Of a DNA stretch of 64,000 nucleotides, positions 1-13,410 are shown piece after piece. Under the pieces are notes generated by a model. The model saw only the letters and a list, made by a program, of their open reading frames with translations, had not been told where the DNA came from and did no database searches. The translations under genes and the position numbers were made by a program. Source of the DNA: Girardia tigrina (lineage: Eukaryota); assembly GCA_001938485.1 (NCBI GenBank), contig MQRK01225399.1:28758-92757 (forward strand), written 5' to 3'. Positions within the stretch are counted from its first letter, which is position 1; each line of letters opens with the position of its first letter.

Positions 1-188
1 TGATTGTTTTTCTGTCTTGTCAATTTTTGATTCTGAAGAGTCCAGAGCATTTTTGCTTTCCTTTTTATCTTTTTGATCTTTTTGAATAATTTTAATTTTG
101 CCATTACCATTGCCAATTTGTAAATCAATTTCTTTTACTTTTTCTAGTGTAAAATAAAGGCATGTTTCCTTCAAAAAATTGAATTTGT

Positions 189-380
189 AGCTCGATTCTA
201 GATCACATTAAAAAATGCAGAAATAGAGATAAAGTTAACTGTGAAACTGAATTTACTGTTTTGAAGAAAAATTTTGACACATATCATGAGAGGATAGTCA
301 CTGAGGCATTATTAATAAAGCATTTAAAACCATGCTTAAATGTTCAAAGTGAATTATCCAATCATATTAAAATCTTTTAA
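189..380 (+). mobile_element. Penelope-like element (PLE) GIY-YIG endonuclease C-terminal remnant
   Basis: Manual translation SSILDHIKKC...EFTVLKK...ERIVTEALLIKHLKPCLNVQ...* matches the PLE GIY-YIG C-terminus (S-x-I-x-x-H ... EALxIKxxKPxLN). A pLTR-type hammerhead follows about 70 nt downstream. Confidence 0.75.
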
Positions 381-445
381 TATTAAAAAAAATTTAATTG
401 CGTAATAGTCAATGTGCCATATAAATGACTTGTAATTTGAAATTT

Positions 446-497
446 ACTTCCATAACTGATGATGCCGTAATGGCGAAACATGTTTTGAGAAATAAAA
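446..497 (+). ncRNA. Minimal type I hammerhead ribozyme (PLE pseudo-LTR)
   Basis: CTGATGA(456)-T-GCC gtaat GGC-GAAA-CATG-TT. Stem III is the palindrome ACATGT; stem I is imperfect. TATAAAT lies upstream and AATAAA downstream. Confidence 0.75.
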
Positions 498-3400
498 AAC
501 TTTTAAAATGGCGTTTGTTATTTATATATATATATATTTCTTATTCTTATTTTCTGTGTTCCCCTTTCTTATTTTTTCAAAGCAAAATTTTTTCATACAT
601 CAGGGTATATTTTAATATTTTTAGAAGATACTAAAGTAAATTACTATCAATACTTGTTTCCGAAATGTATTGATATTTTTAAAAAAATGAATGGTGGATC
701 CGAATTAGGACTCCCAATTAATTGATTGAGTTTAGAACTCTCCTTTTTTAATTAATATTCCTTCTCTACTATCTTGATTACACGGAAATTTTAAAATTAA
801 TGAATTAATATTAAGGCACTCTAACGTTCGATATTAAATAACATATAATTTATATGCCAAACCAAAAAAAGTTTTTAAATATTAAATAAAAATTACATTT
901 AAATATTTTAATAAAGATTAATTATTCAAGATATTCTGGGGAAATTGGGAAAAAATTGTAAGAAAAATTTTAAGATTTTAAACGGCTTTATTTTTTCCAT
1001 TTTGAAGTATTATTAATGGGTTTTAGTATCTTATCAATAATTGATGTGTCAATGCCACTTGACGGTACTTCGAAGACGGACTCAGGAGTGATATAAAGGG
1101 TGCTTTTCGACTTTCGGTTTATTATTACAACTGATGTGGGGAAATTTCGGTGTCTCTTTACTCATTGAACGAAATATGTTTACACAGCCAAAGCTTTACA
1201 GAATCATGGTAGGATGGATCATGAGTTTCCTTTCTGACTAAGACACCAGAGCGTGCCCGTGCACTGAAAGCTCGCATTCATGCATCTAAAGCCGTGCGAG
1301 AAAGTCAGCATCATTGTCTATTTATGGTTTCTACCCGATATAGAGTCTATGGCTCACTAACCTGTACGCCAATGCTGGCACAGTAGGCTGTACAATGCTG
1401 AGGCTTATGTCATAATGATTCGCAAAACTGTCTCTCATAATGTGAATCGAAGCCTTTCTATAAAACAGAAAACTCATCCTTTGGAATAGAAGAGATTCTA
1501 TTTTTACAATGTAACCCACGATCAAGAACCTTACTCGATTAACTTGATTGTAAATGCTCACTAATCCGGGTTTTGAGGTGAAGAAATTATTTTTTCAAAA
1601 TATCAAATAAACGTTCACAAAACACAATATATTAAATGTAAAGATTAGAATTTTAATAATATAAATAATTAAAACAAAAAATATTTTTTTATTTGTCAAA
1701 ATCGTTGTTAGATGAAAGCAAATCATATGAAATTATTGAAGAATAACATTCATAGAATTAGTAATAAAAACAAAATAATAATATTGTAATTTGTGCAGAA
1801 ATGCTAATTATCATATCAAATGATATTGCAAATAATAATTTTCGTATATTATAAAAAACAATTCAAAATCTAAGATATAATTGCAGGCAAAGAGGCAATT
1901 ACGATTTTCATTAAACCACAAAATTTCTGTAAGAACAAATTTTTTTTATCAATTCGGAACTCAATGAGATTGTTGCCAGAAAAGTTAGAACAATTTGTTT
2001 CACAATTATAATTTGATTTATCCTTTTTTTTCCGAAATCAGCTTCTAGATGGATATAATTGATAGGGAAACATCATCCTCGAAGTTAATAGGATCTCAGT
2101 ATCATATCAAACAACAGAAGATCGTTTCCTGGATGTTTATCACGCCGCTTAATTTTCGTGTTTTTTGTCTAATTTATTAGATCCAAAATTTCTTTTCCTT
2201 TTTATCACATTTGATGGATTGACTTAAATCTAAATACTTTATATAAAGTTAGAGGAGTGATTCTCAAACCGTGAAATCGTGCAGCTAAGTTAATTCCGGA
2301 AATGTTTGCGGTCTTCTATTTGCTTATTTAGATGTCGTTTATTATTTATTTTTATTTTATATATTAACCAAATATTATATATGGAATTTATTTACCATGC
2401 ATTTCAAGTTATTATTTATTATATTAACTTCTTCATTATCAATATTAGTATGGTTTAATACAACTCTAAATTGTTTTAACACATTGTTAACCGGTAATTT
2501 TAAGCTGAATCTATCTCATATCACCGGATATTATTTCGTAATTCAATGTGAAAGTGAAAAATATAAATATTGGAGTTGATTAAAAGTTGCCTTCGAAAAC
2601 AGAATTATCGTAATATTTGCCTTTTAATAATGATAATCGCTTTGATATAAATTCATTGTTCAAAATATTTTATTATTTGGGTTAAAAAGAGATTTATCAA
2701 CAGACTTTTCAATACAAGAAGTTATTTGACGATTTATTTTATGAATCTTCGCGAAAATTAATATTAAGAACAACAATATGACTTCATAATTTTAATAATA
2801 CAAGTGTGATTGTTGAGGGAATATCTCAAATTTTATAATTTATATGTATTTGTTGTTTAAATTAATAAATATTGACAAATATTTATATTTTTCATAAATG
2901 AAATATTTATGATAATAAATATAAAATNNNNNNNNNNNNNNNNNNNNNNNNNNNNNNNNNNNNNNNNNNNNNNNNNAGAAAGAGAAAAGAAAGATAAATA
3001 ATTATAAGAAAAGAGTAAATTATTTATTTAAATTAAAAAACAAAATTAATTAATTAATAAAAGACCTAGTATAAAAGGTCATTATTAATTAACAAGTACA
3101 GAAGTTTTAGAATTTTAAAAGTTTCAAGTTTTAAGAGATTATTTTGAAAGACGAGAAGTCAAAGATTTATCTATTTTGAAAGACGAAACGTCTAAGAACG
3201 TCTCATAAATTATCTGCTCAAAATTATATTTAAGTGAGCGAGAATCAGAGCGCTCCCACAGTCATTTTCAACCTACACTGAAATAGTGCAAGATTAAAGA
3301 AAAGTTTGAAACGGCAATAACACTTGTTGAAAAACAAAGAATCATTAAAAAGTAATTGATTAAAAATATTAAATAATTATTAAATACTATATTTTTTATA

Positions 3401-3599
3401 TTCACGCTGTAAAGTGTGACTTAAACCTCTAAAATCTTAATCGACCCGAGTTGTTGCTAAAGGCTCTCGGAGTTCAAATATAAAATCGGCCAGGGGTCAA
3501 ATAAAACTTTGTTCTTTTTAAACGCCTTTGACTTATTAAAAATTTTAATAAATTGTAAATATAAAAATATATTTTATAAATAAAACCAAACTTTTTCTT

Positions 3600-4483
3600 G
3601 AATAAGAATAAAACACAACCAACACTCAACATGATTATCCTCAGGACAATCTTTGTAAAAACTTTCTTAAGTTTGTATCCAAATGTTTAATGAATTTAAC
3701 CTTTATATCTGAGTAAAGGGAGATTTACATAAATTATTAAAATACTTTTTCAAAATTTTATTGGTTAAAAATTAAAATGATTATTGTGAGGATTTTCGAG
3801 CACTCTTATAATTTTTGAATATTTAAAATAAGCAAATATCTAAAATCAAAAGTTCTTGAAATGAATTATAATTAAAAATATCTCTAATTAATTTAAAAAA
3901 AATAATTCTCAAAAATAAATTAATGAATTTTATTTGCTAAAAGTGTAATTTTTAAAACAGATAATTTTTTAAACATTAAAGCTTTTTTGAAAATTTCGTT
4001 ACTTTATAATTATTTGTTAAATAATTAATTTTTTAAAAAAAACAGCCGTTAAAAATTTTATAATTAATATATAAATATTTATAATTAAAACTAAAATTTA
4101 TATGTATGTTTATAATAAAATTCTGATATCTGGTTTTGTGCAAAATAAGAAAATATTGTTCCTCGTAATTTTTTTGGAAATAGTTATTTGTAATAGAAAT
4201 AAATATTTGGAATTATGAATTCTATTCTTGATCATGAACCCAATAATTATTTATTAGTGTACAACTATTAATTCAATGTATTTATTTAAAAATTGTAAAT
4301 AAAATTAATTAACTTATTTAAAATTTTACAATTTTTTAAAATATGAAATAAATTTAAATATTACGTATTTTCAGATAATAAGAATTAAAATATTAATCAT
4401 CCATCTGGGTAGGAGAGACACAATTCAAAATCAACACAAAACATTCTAGCACAAAACATCAAACATTCCAAATATTCTTCACA
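3600..4483 (-). mobile_element. Solo-LTR family copy, interrupted by another insertion (~3784-4170)
   Basis: Reverse complement of family core (CCATCTGGGTAGGAGAGACAC); terminus AATATTCTTCACA at 4483; closely similar to the 39683-40127 copy. Left boundary approximate. Confidence 0.6.
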
Positions 4484-6456
4484 ATTACTACAGAATTAAT
4501 GAATCGGAAAAAATATCAAATTATTTTTAAACGTTTTTGTGTTGGTGATGTGATTTATTTCCAATTAGTAAAAAATAAAAACAAATGTTAAATTAAAAAT
4601 TAAATGTTCGTTGTTTTAAGATGTTTATGAAAAATAATAAAATGGCGCGTGTTTGAATTTTTATTTAGTTGGAGTAAAATCAATTTGACGATTGTATTTG
4701 TTGGTGAAAAAATACATTTTTATCAAACAGAACCATCCTTTCGATCATTCTACATAAAAAGTGACCATCGGAAATAATCTTCACATCATTCTTTTCATCG
4801 ATAATCATTTCGAATGCGCTTAACAAGATCAAATCCGCGGTGGTGATTTGTTCCATGAAAATAAACCATCAGTATCGGAGTTATTTAAAACGGAAATACT
4901 CTTTGAATAATCATCTAACTTGATTTCAAACGGATCAGGACTAGAGGCCCTAGCTCCAAGTGGCTGTCACTTGCTGCGGTGGTCTCGGGGGAGGGGGATC
5001 ATACAAGGGGACAAGAGGCATTTTTTTATTTTTCACAGTTCCTCAAGTTAAGTACGAATGATCACGGCGAGGAAGCATCTCAACGGCGTTGCAAAATCCC
5101 CTCTGCAATCAAATTTGTTCAAATTGACAACTTAAGTATATACATCATGATTAAACACAGGTATCAAGTTCGGATGTGTGCAGTTAAATTTTCTACGAAC
5201 TGCGGAATATCTTATTTTTGTTTTTTGGTTGTCAATTTTTCACTCTTTATCCCAAAAAGTGTTAGTCAGTTAAGGAGCTAAAAATGCATAAAATTATTTT
5301 TTACAATTTTTTTTAAAAATATTTGTGAGATTCTATGTCATACAAGCTGTCACACCTAGTCTGATGTCAGCCACTGATAAGCTTTAGGACGGATTATTAT
5401 ATAAATTCAGAGAAATACAGACAGAAAGTGTAATTTAAAATTTTATTTTATCTAAGAAGCTCTGTTTGATTTGCCTTACCTAGATTAGTGTCATGAAATC
5501 ATTAAATTGATAATGATGTCTACTCAACCTTGTGATAATGATGAGTAGGAATTCTTAAAAAAATAAATGTGAGTTAAGAGGGTTTAGTTTAAGTTTGCAT
5601 TTCGCCAAAATAGTTTATTATTTTTTAATTTGATAATTTAAAAAAAAGTAAATTAAAAATTAAAATATAAAGTAAAGATATCATAAAATTAAATACTTAT
5701 TTAAAATGTGCTTGCAGTTATAACAATTAATATATTTTAATAAAAGTTATGAAATAAGTTTAAATAAATTTTAAGATAGATAATTAACGAATAATTATTT
5801 AAAGAAATAATTTTTTATGAAATGCTTATAATAAATTTAAATTAATTAGTTTGTATTATAATGTTTTTATGTTTTCTATAAGTGTAAGAATTATATTAAA
5901 GTTTAAATTTCGTAAAATTTTGTAAGAAATGTAAAAATTATTTTAAAGTTTAAAATTTAGCTGATTTTCAAAATTAAATCGAAAAAAAATTAATAGATTA
6001 ATTTTGGGTGAAATAATGGAATTAACAACAAATTTGTTTAAGTATGTGAATTGTTGATAGTAACAAAGATTGTGGTGTTAAATTATGAGTTCTGAATTTG
6101 ATTATAATGAAAGTGGTATAAACACTACTTACAAGAGTATTGTAGATGTAAACAAATTTTCTTACATTAAGAAAACATTCTTTTAGTAAAGCAGTCAATA
6201 ATTTGAAAAGTTTTCATCAAAACCTTTTCTTGTTTAAATGATTTTTTGACTAATAATGCTCATTTTTACTGTTCCTTGCTCCGTTTTTATCATTTGTGAT
6301 GGTTATCCTCGCAACCTCTTCGAGAATAGGCCAAAAGCTTTATAGAAGATCCTGAGATGCTAATTGTAAAAGAATGAATTAGAGGATTTTAACGATATCT
6401 TAAGTAATCCACGAATTTACTTTTGACAAATTGTAAGGAAAAAAATACAACTTCAT

Positions 6457-6460
<4 letters not shown>

Positions 6461-6497
<37 letters not shown>
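6461..6497. repeat. (TA)n microsatellite
   Basis: Perfect TA dinucleotide run. Confidence 0.95.
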
Positions 6498-6498
<1 letters not shown>

Positions 6499-6542
6499 CA
6501 CGATTAATTAACAATTAAAGAGACTAATAAGATGAAGGTCCA

Positions 6543-6964
6543 ATGTTGCGATCACAAAAAATGTGTCAAATAAATCGCGTTATCCTACAGCATGATAACG
6601 CTAGACCACATGCTGCAAAGAAAACACAGCAAAAATTGAAAGAATTGGGATGGGAAGTTCTACCTCATCCGGCATACTCTCCTGACTTGGCCCCTTCGGA
6701 TTACCATCTCTTTAGATCTTTGCAACATTATCTTCAGGGTAAAAAATTCCTATCAATGGATGATGTCCAAAATGAACTGGTGAAGTTTTTCGAATCCAAG
6801 GACGAATCCTTTTTTTCTAATGGCATAGAAAAACTTATATCACGTTGGGAAAAGGTCATCGATTGCGATGGGGACTATTTTTCTGATTAAATAAATGTTT
6901 TATATGATTTTATTTTTGTTTCTAAAAATCAATAAAAAACGACATAACATTTGGGTACCCCTAA
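6543..6964 (+). mobile_element. 5'-truncated mariner (DD34D) transposon: C-terminal transposase plus right TIR
   Basis: ORF 6543-6890 contains [23 protein letters not shown] and [16 protein letters not shown]-like end ...TTTGGGTACCCCTAA|TA. Confidence 0.9.
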
Positions 6965-7468
6965 TAATAACGAAATTAATAAAAGTTACTTTTAACTTCC
7001 AAAGATCAAAATATTTGAAGTAAGCGAGATTAAACCGAGAATGATTTTCTTGGTACAGTTTATTTGTGTTAATAAGGAAATGTTATTTAACAATGAATTT
7101 TCTTTTATTTGTCGAGTGCAATCCTTTAATTTGTGCAATAAATGAATCAGGTAGCAATAATATTATCTTGAGATAATTTCGTTAATAAAATATATTAGAC
7201 AATTTTTTATCAGTAAATTGTCTTCGTTATCCCAAACTTGCTGTATTTCGTTTCAGAAATTCGAATAATTCGTCGGCATCAATGATGCCAGTGATCCATT
7301 TTTAAATTTTCCCTCCTTATGTTATTTTCCCGCAGGACAAATGCTACTATGTGCCAAATGTTGTAACCCCCAATGGAAATCAGATAATATCTTCTTCCAA
7401 ATACCAAATCAAATAGAAATGAAGACATATGTTTACATAGATACAGAAAACGTTATTAAAAATTTAAA

Positions 7469-8845
7469 CTATATTACCTAAAGAATTCGGCAACCGCATC
7501 GTCAATATAGTACTTTGGAAATTACGCGGAAGTGAAACTATATCACATATAAAAAGTATAGATGTACAATAGTTGTTTCAGGTGCAGATCGGCATTGTGC
7601 CACGGTAACCATGGCAACAGTGCAAAAAAATGCTAATTAATCTCTGTCAGGTTGCACAGTGCCAAATTGTGATAATCGATTTGGTACATGTGCTATTCAA
7701 TTGAGCACAGCTGCCTAGGCTGCACATGTACAAATGTACAAAAATCGATAAATTCAAAATTTCACAATTTCAAAAAGTGCAAATAATTTTCATTGATCCA
7801 TTGTATTTGGTGTACATTTTAATTCTCTATCCAACTATGCAATTAGAATTTCGAAATATTGATTTATTTCTCCTATAATAAAGTTTAAAGTGCAAAGTGA
7901 GGACGAACGCCCATAGGTTGTAGAGACTGAAGGAAGCACAATATCAAAATTATGATTGAACACATATATATATATATATATATATAAACCCATACGTAAA
8001 TAGTTAGAATATAATTTTAGATTTTCAAAAAAACGCAGGTAAATCGATTTTCAAGATGTCGTCTTTTATAGTGGCAAGTGAAGCCGAACGCCCATAGGGT
8101 GTATCGATCGAAGGAAGCACAATATAAAAATTGTGCTGATGCACTTAGATAGAAACTCATAGGTCAATAGTCTGAATCCGTGTCAATATTTTCCAAAATA
8201 TTTTCACAAATCGATTTTTCAAAATTCCGTGTAGGAATCATCTAAATCGTCGTTATTCGAAAACGGTGTTAATTTAACCATTAAACGACTTGTACGGTAT
8301 TGGATTGATTTCATCGCTTTATAGGCCTCTTTCGGCGAAGGTGCTGTACCAACATAATTGTATTGATGTGGGCTATCAAGATTGACCATGAACTTAAGTA
8401 GATTCACTCCAGTTACTCCGCAATTTTGCATTTTATTTGTTGATGTTATTTCTTAATAAGGAAAAATAAAATTTTGTAATTTCTACTAAATTGATTTTTC
8501 GCAAAATAATTAGTGAATAAGTGATAAAATTCATCCTTTATCAAATAAATTAGTATTTTCATAAAAACTTTCACAAAATTCCGTGTAGGAATCGTCAAAA
8601 TCGTCATTATTCGAAATCAGTGTAAATTTAACCATTTAACGACTTGTACGGTTTTCGATCGATTTCATCGGCTTCCGGGCGTCTTTCGGCAAAGGCGCTA
8701 GAACGACAAAATTATATTGATGCGAGCTATCCAGATTGTTCAAGTCCTTACATGTCTTCACTCTGGTTGCTCCGAAATTTAACATTGAAAAGCGTAACCG
8801 ACAAACAAACAATCAAACACACTTTAGACAAATATTTTATATATT
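7469..8845 (-). mobile_element. Non-autonomous Helitron-like element with internal direct repeats
   Basis: Minus-strand 5' end AATATATAAAA...TGTGTTTGATTGTTTGTTTGTC; 3' subterminal hairpin (CGG caa CCG) and a degenerate CTAG end. Internal direct repeats 7903-7950/8085-8130 and ~8200-8430/8570-8780. Confidence 0.5.
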
Positions 8846-10559
8846 AACTCTAACCCATTAAGGTAATGATGATGGTTTCTTAGGGAATTTTGATGGTTTT
8901 TAGTTGATTTCAATGATATATATATAATTGATCTTAAATAATTATTTAACCCATTTACATAATAAAAAATCGAAGTCCAATAAAACTTGTTCAAAAATTC
9001 TGAAAACCATTTCCAAACGACTATTTCATACTGTTCGGATTAGGCGAATTCATAATATTTTGAATATTTCAAAATTAAAAATATTTAAAATATTAAATTA
9101 GAATTTTATTGAGAAGAATTTTTACAATTAAAACATATTTTCTAAATAATTAATTAAAATTAATTTTTTAAATGTTGTTTTAAAAATTTTATTAAAAAAC
9201 ACTTATAAATAGAAATACTTTATTTGTAATTTTGAAGTAATTTTTTTAAAAAATAAAAATTTTTATTCAGCAAAATTTTATAAGATATTTTCTAAATAAT
9301 TTTAAAGTTGAAATTTTTAAAAATAAAAGTTATTAAAATTTTTATTGAAAACAATATTAAAGGTGGGAATACTTTCTAAATTTTAAAAATGAAATTAAAA
9401 AAAAGATAAGTTGTAAAGTAAAATAATAATTCAAGTTACATCAAAGAATAGATCGAAAATTTAAAAATTGAGTAAAATCAAATAAGAACTCTAAAATTAG
9501 TTTAATATTTAAACGTGTGGCTAAATAACGAAAGTAAAATATCATGTACAGAAGATTTTAAAATGGTGATTATTATAAGATTAGTAAGTAAAAATATTAA
9601 GAGTTTAATTTTTTGAAAGTCTTTAATAAAGTCACAAATTTATAATACTTAAAATTTGTAATAAATAATGTATAAATATTTATAATTTAATTAAAATTTA
9701 AAAAAACTTCAAAGAAATAAAAAACTTCGTTCTTCATAAATTTGTTTGAAAAATAGTTAATTATTTTAGTAATAAATATTTTGTGTTATAAAGTCTATCG
9801 TTTGTCACGAACCCAACATATACAAAAACAAAAACTTTACCTAGTATCAATTCAGTCCTATAAATTTGGAACTCTTTGGTTATTTATTACGACTGCAAGA
9901 CAAACCGTAATCTCTATTACAGTATCCAACAATGTTGACGTAATGTTGGTGTAAATAATATTATAGAACCTAGAAAGGTTTAAAATCTTATTATAAATGT
10001 AAAAATAATAATTTAAAAATTCTAAGCACTCGTGGGAAAGCTTGGGAGTACTAACCCTTCGTAACATGGTGTGACACTTCTGTAACAAACCGTTGTAACT
10101 CTTACAGGATCTCTAACTATTAACATATCACATTTTAAATCACTGTTGCACATCTGTTACACACCGATCTATACAACATCGGTGATTTATTAGTACCTAC
10201 AGGTGGCGTTGGTGGTAGGATGATGAATTTGACACTTCTCTCTATTACATTGTGTGGAGTGCGCGCGTGCAACTTTCTTTAAAAAATAAAAATATATGTG
10301 CTATTGATATTGTTGATATTTTTGAAAAAACACAAAGGTAAATTGATTATTTTGGATTTTATTTACTTAGTTGTATAAAATAAATTGAAATATTGTTGTA
10401 TCAAAAAATATATGTTTGTGACAGTTCTGTTACATTGAGTTATAGAGTATATTTTCTTGTTGACACTGGTTCTATTGTTTCTGTTTTACCCACTAATTTC
10501 AATTCAACAATTAACAACACTTCACATCTGGAACCACCATGGTCGATTTAAACTGAAGA

Positions 10560-11120
10560 CAATAAATCAAAACAGTAAATAATATTATCGAAAAAGATAT
10601 ACAAGGAACAATATATAAGAATTTTGAGCCATACGCAGACATTAAGGCTATAATTAGAGACAAAAACAACAAAAGCTATGAAAGACCTTACACAATAATC
10701 TATCAGAACAAACACTCTTTCATATTAAACATTAATGAGGTTCCAAAACAAATAAACGAAAAAAGATTAAATTTCATCTTAGCAAAAGAATTGAATAATG
10801 TTCAAATGACCCTTCTTGACACAGACATTAGAAGAAGACTAAGGACAAAAGATCATCTTACGAAGGAAAATTAATTTAAAAAAACATCACCCAACAGCCA
10901 CAACATTTACAAAGCAAAAATACAAAAACGACTTACTGAAAACATGACAAGAATAATACGAAGGACCATAACAAATCATAAAAACTAACAACAATACTGT
11001 CACAGTAAAAATAAACAATCAAGAGAAAACATTCAACATCAGAAATGTAAAAATCATATAAAGACAGCACATCATATACTCCGTATTCTTGGGTGGGGGC
11101 TATTGTATATTTTTGTTTTC
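10560..11120 (+). mobile_element. Gypsy integrase C-terminal (GPY/F-like) and polypurine-tract remnant inside piggyBac
   Basis: Translation KSYERPYTIIYQNKHSFILNINEVPKQINEKRL resembles YEGPYxV...ING...DRLK; purine-rich GGGTGGGGGC followed by TGT at ~11091-11106. Confidence 0.45.
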
Positions 11121-11361
11121 TGACTAATACGTGTGATATTTGTGGAGTCATCTTTTGCGTGTGTGTTTTTTTAAAGTAAATTTTGTAATTTTTTTTGTCA
11201 TCTACTTTTGTAATATAAATGGCATCCTCAGTCTCGGTACAATTCGTAGAAATAGGTTGTGTGGGAATAAACTACCAACGGAAAGAGATCTTTCTAAACA
11301 AGAACATGGATTTTCGGTTGCGTCTGTTGCTAATATTGAAAGAACATATGTGACGATTGTA

Positions 11362-12791
11362 CAGTGCGTTCAAAAAGTAACTGTGCACCTGCAATTTCAA
11401 AACAAGAACAATATCCTGTGTTCTAAAAATCAATAACAAAATATTTTGAATAGTCAATTTTATGTGAAGAACAATGACTGTCTCTTAATTTATTAAAAAT
11501 AACAAGAAGAGTCACAACAACTGCTGAAAATGCCCACCAAGTTCGTGAATACAAACGTTAATTCGACGTTTCAAGTTTTCGAACACTCGACGAATTTCCT
11601 CTTGAGTGATGGCTTCAATTTGGTGTAGGATGTTATTACGTAGGTCTTGCAAAGTTTGTGGTTTGTTTCGGTAAACCTTTTGCTTTATCGCTCCCCACAG
11701 GTAAAAGTCCAAAACACTTAGATTTGGGGATCTTGGCGGCCAAATTCCTTTGGAAATGATTCTCTTCGGGAAGATCTCATTCAAAAAACGAAGCGAAATG
11801 TTTGCGGTATGTGCTGTTGCACCATCCTGCTGAAAATAACCAGTCGATCGTTCTTCTTCAGTTAACTGGTCGATGAAAGCAGAAAGGATTTCCTTGCAGT
11901 ACCTTTCGGATGTTATGGTTTCAGTAAAAAAGATGGGACCAATTACACGCCTCCTCTTTCCATACTCCAACTTTCAAGGAATGCAGAGGCTTCTGAACAA
12001 ATTCATGCGGATTTTCACTGAACCAAACTCGAGAATTTTGGCTACTCACATATCCAGACAAATGAAACCACGCTTTATCGGAAAAAAAGTCTTGTCGAGC
12101 ATGTCATCCTCATTCAGATTTTCCTTGGACCAATGACAAAACTGGAGTCGCTTTTCAAAGTCTGTGTCTTTCAACTCATGTTGACAAGTAACACGNNNNN
12201 NNNNNNNNNNNNNNNNNNNNNNNNNNNNNNNNNNNNNNNNNNNNNNNNNNNNNNNNNNNNNNNNNNNNNNNNNNCTTTGTTGGACTCTGGCTCATGGCTT
12301 TCGAAATAACATTGACTTTTTGCTCCGTTAAAATCGTTGGTCGACCTGAGCGGGAGGCATCATGAACGGATCCAGTTTCTCTAAACTTGTTCATTAACGC
12401 TCAAACTGCATTTCGATGAGGTATTGCTGTTGCGGGAAACTTTTCGGCAAATTTTTCCTTCACTGCTTCTGTGTATTCATCATTCGCACGAAAGACATGT
12501 TCAATCAAAAATATTCTCTCCTTCGTTGACAAAATCTTTTTCAATTGGAATTAACTTCGCAATAAATTGACTTTCGTCAATGATTAGATTGAATATCAAA
12601 ATGATATTTTTTTTAAAAAAATTTAAAACGCTCAATGTCAAGGTCAAAGTGTGTAGGTTTGTTTTTTGTTCACGAATCTCTTTCATAGTTCGATTTCATA
12701 GAAATTTGCATTTAAAAAGTCTGCTACAACGCTGATTATCTAAAAATAAACCAGACAATGAAAGGTGCACAGTGACTTTCTGAACGCACTG
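11362..12791 (-). mobile_element. Full-length but defective Tc1/mariner element (rosa/DD41D-like)
   Basis: TIRs CAGTGCGTTCAAAAAGTAACTGTGCACCT / AGGTGCACAGTGACTTTCTGAACGCACTG with TA TSD. Transposase KFRETGSVHDASRSGRP ... FQQDGATAH ... WPPRSPNLSVLDFYLWG, frameshifted and spanning a gap. Confidence 0.92.
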
Positions 12792-12945
12792 TACTTTGGA
12801 AGGATATTAAAATCGTCACTTTGATCTCTAGTTTCGTCGGCGAACAGCCAAAATCAGAAGTTCGTCGATATGACAAATCAAAAATAAAATATATAACAAA
12901 CGAAAGACCACACATAGTATCAGAATATAATCGTCATATGAGTGT

Positions 12946-13410
12946 TTTGAGGAATATTTTTGAATGGTGTTTATTGTGTGTTGTTTTAGGATTGTGTTTC
13001 TCCCACCCAGATGGAAGATTGATATCTTAAATATTTTAAAACGTCGAGTTGTTTAATCAATTATTAAAAGCTAAATAATCACTTTAAAATAAACTAATAT
13101 TTAAATAATATTTTAAAATAATAAAATAATATTTTAATAATAATTTCTTAAAATAAATAAAAATTACTTTAAATTTCAATTATAAATAATTTTTGTAATA
13201 ATTAAATTATAATTTAAAGTATAAATTATTTTCGTAATGATTAAATTGTATTTTAAATTTGTTTGAATAATAAGACGTTAAAGAATATTATTAAATATTA
13301 TCAATCAAGAACGATGACGAGCTACGCAAGTTTTACGGAGAATTGTTGTAGTGACAATTCAAATTGTGATAATAATAAATGTAAAGGAAACTCAATTAAT
13401 GTTCTTATTA
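12946..13410 (+). mobile_element. Solo LTR inserted in piggyBac transposase
   Basis: Family core TCTCCCACCCAGATGG; 5-bp TSD AGTGT/GGTGT; removing it restores YNRHM-GVVDLID. Confidence 0.8.

Noticed and set aside
4700-4940. Possible upstream FREM1 exon after a CAG acceptor
   Set aside because: All three plus frames close within about 20 codons.
10067-10080. TGGTG primer-binding-site after an ACA end
   Set aside because: The sequence is the piggyBac left TIR/subterminal region, with a matching right TIR at 13818-13828.
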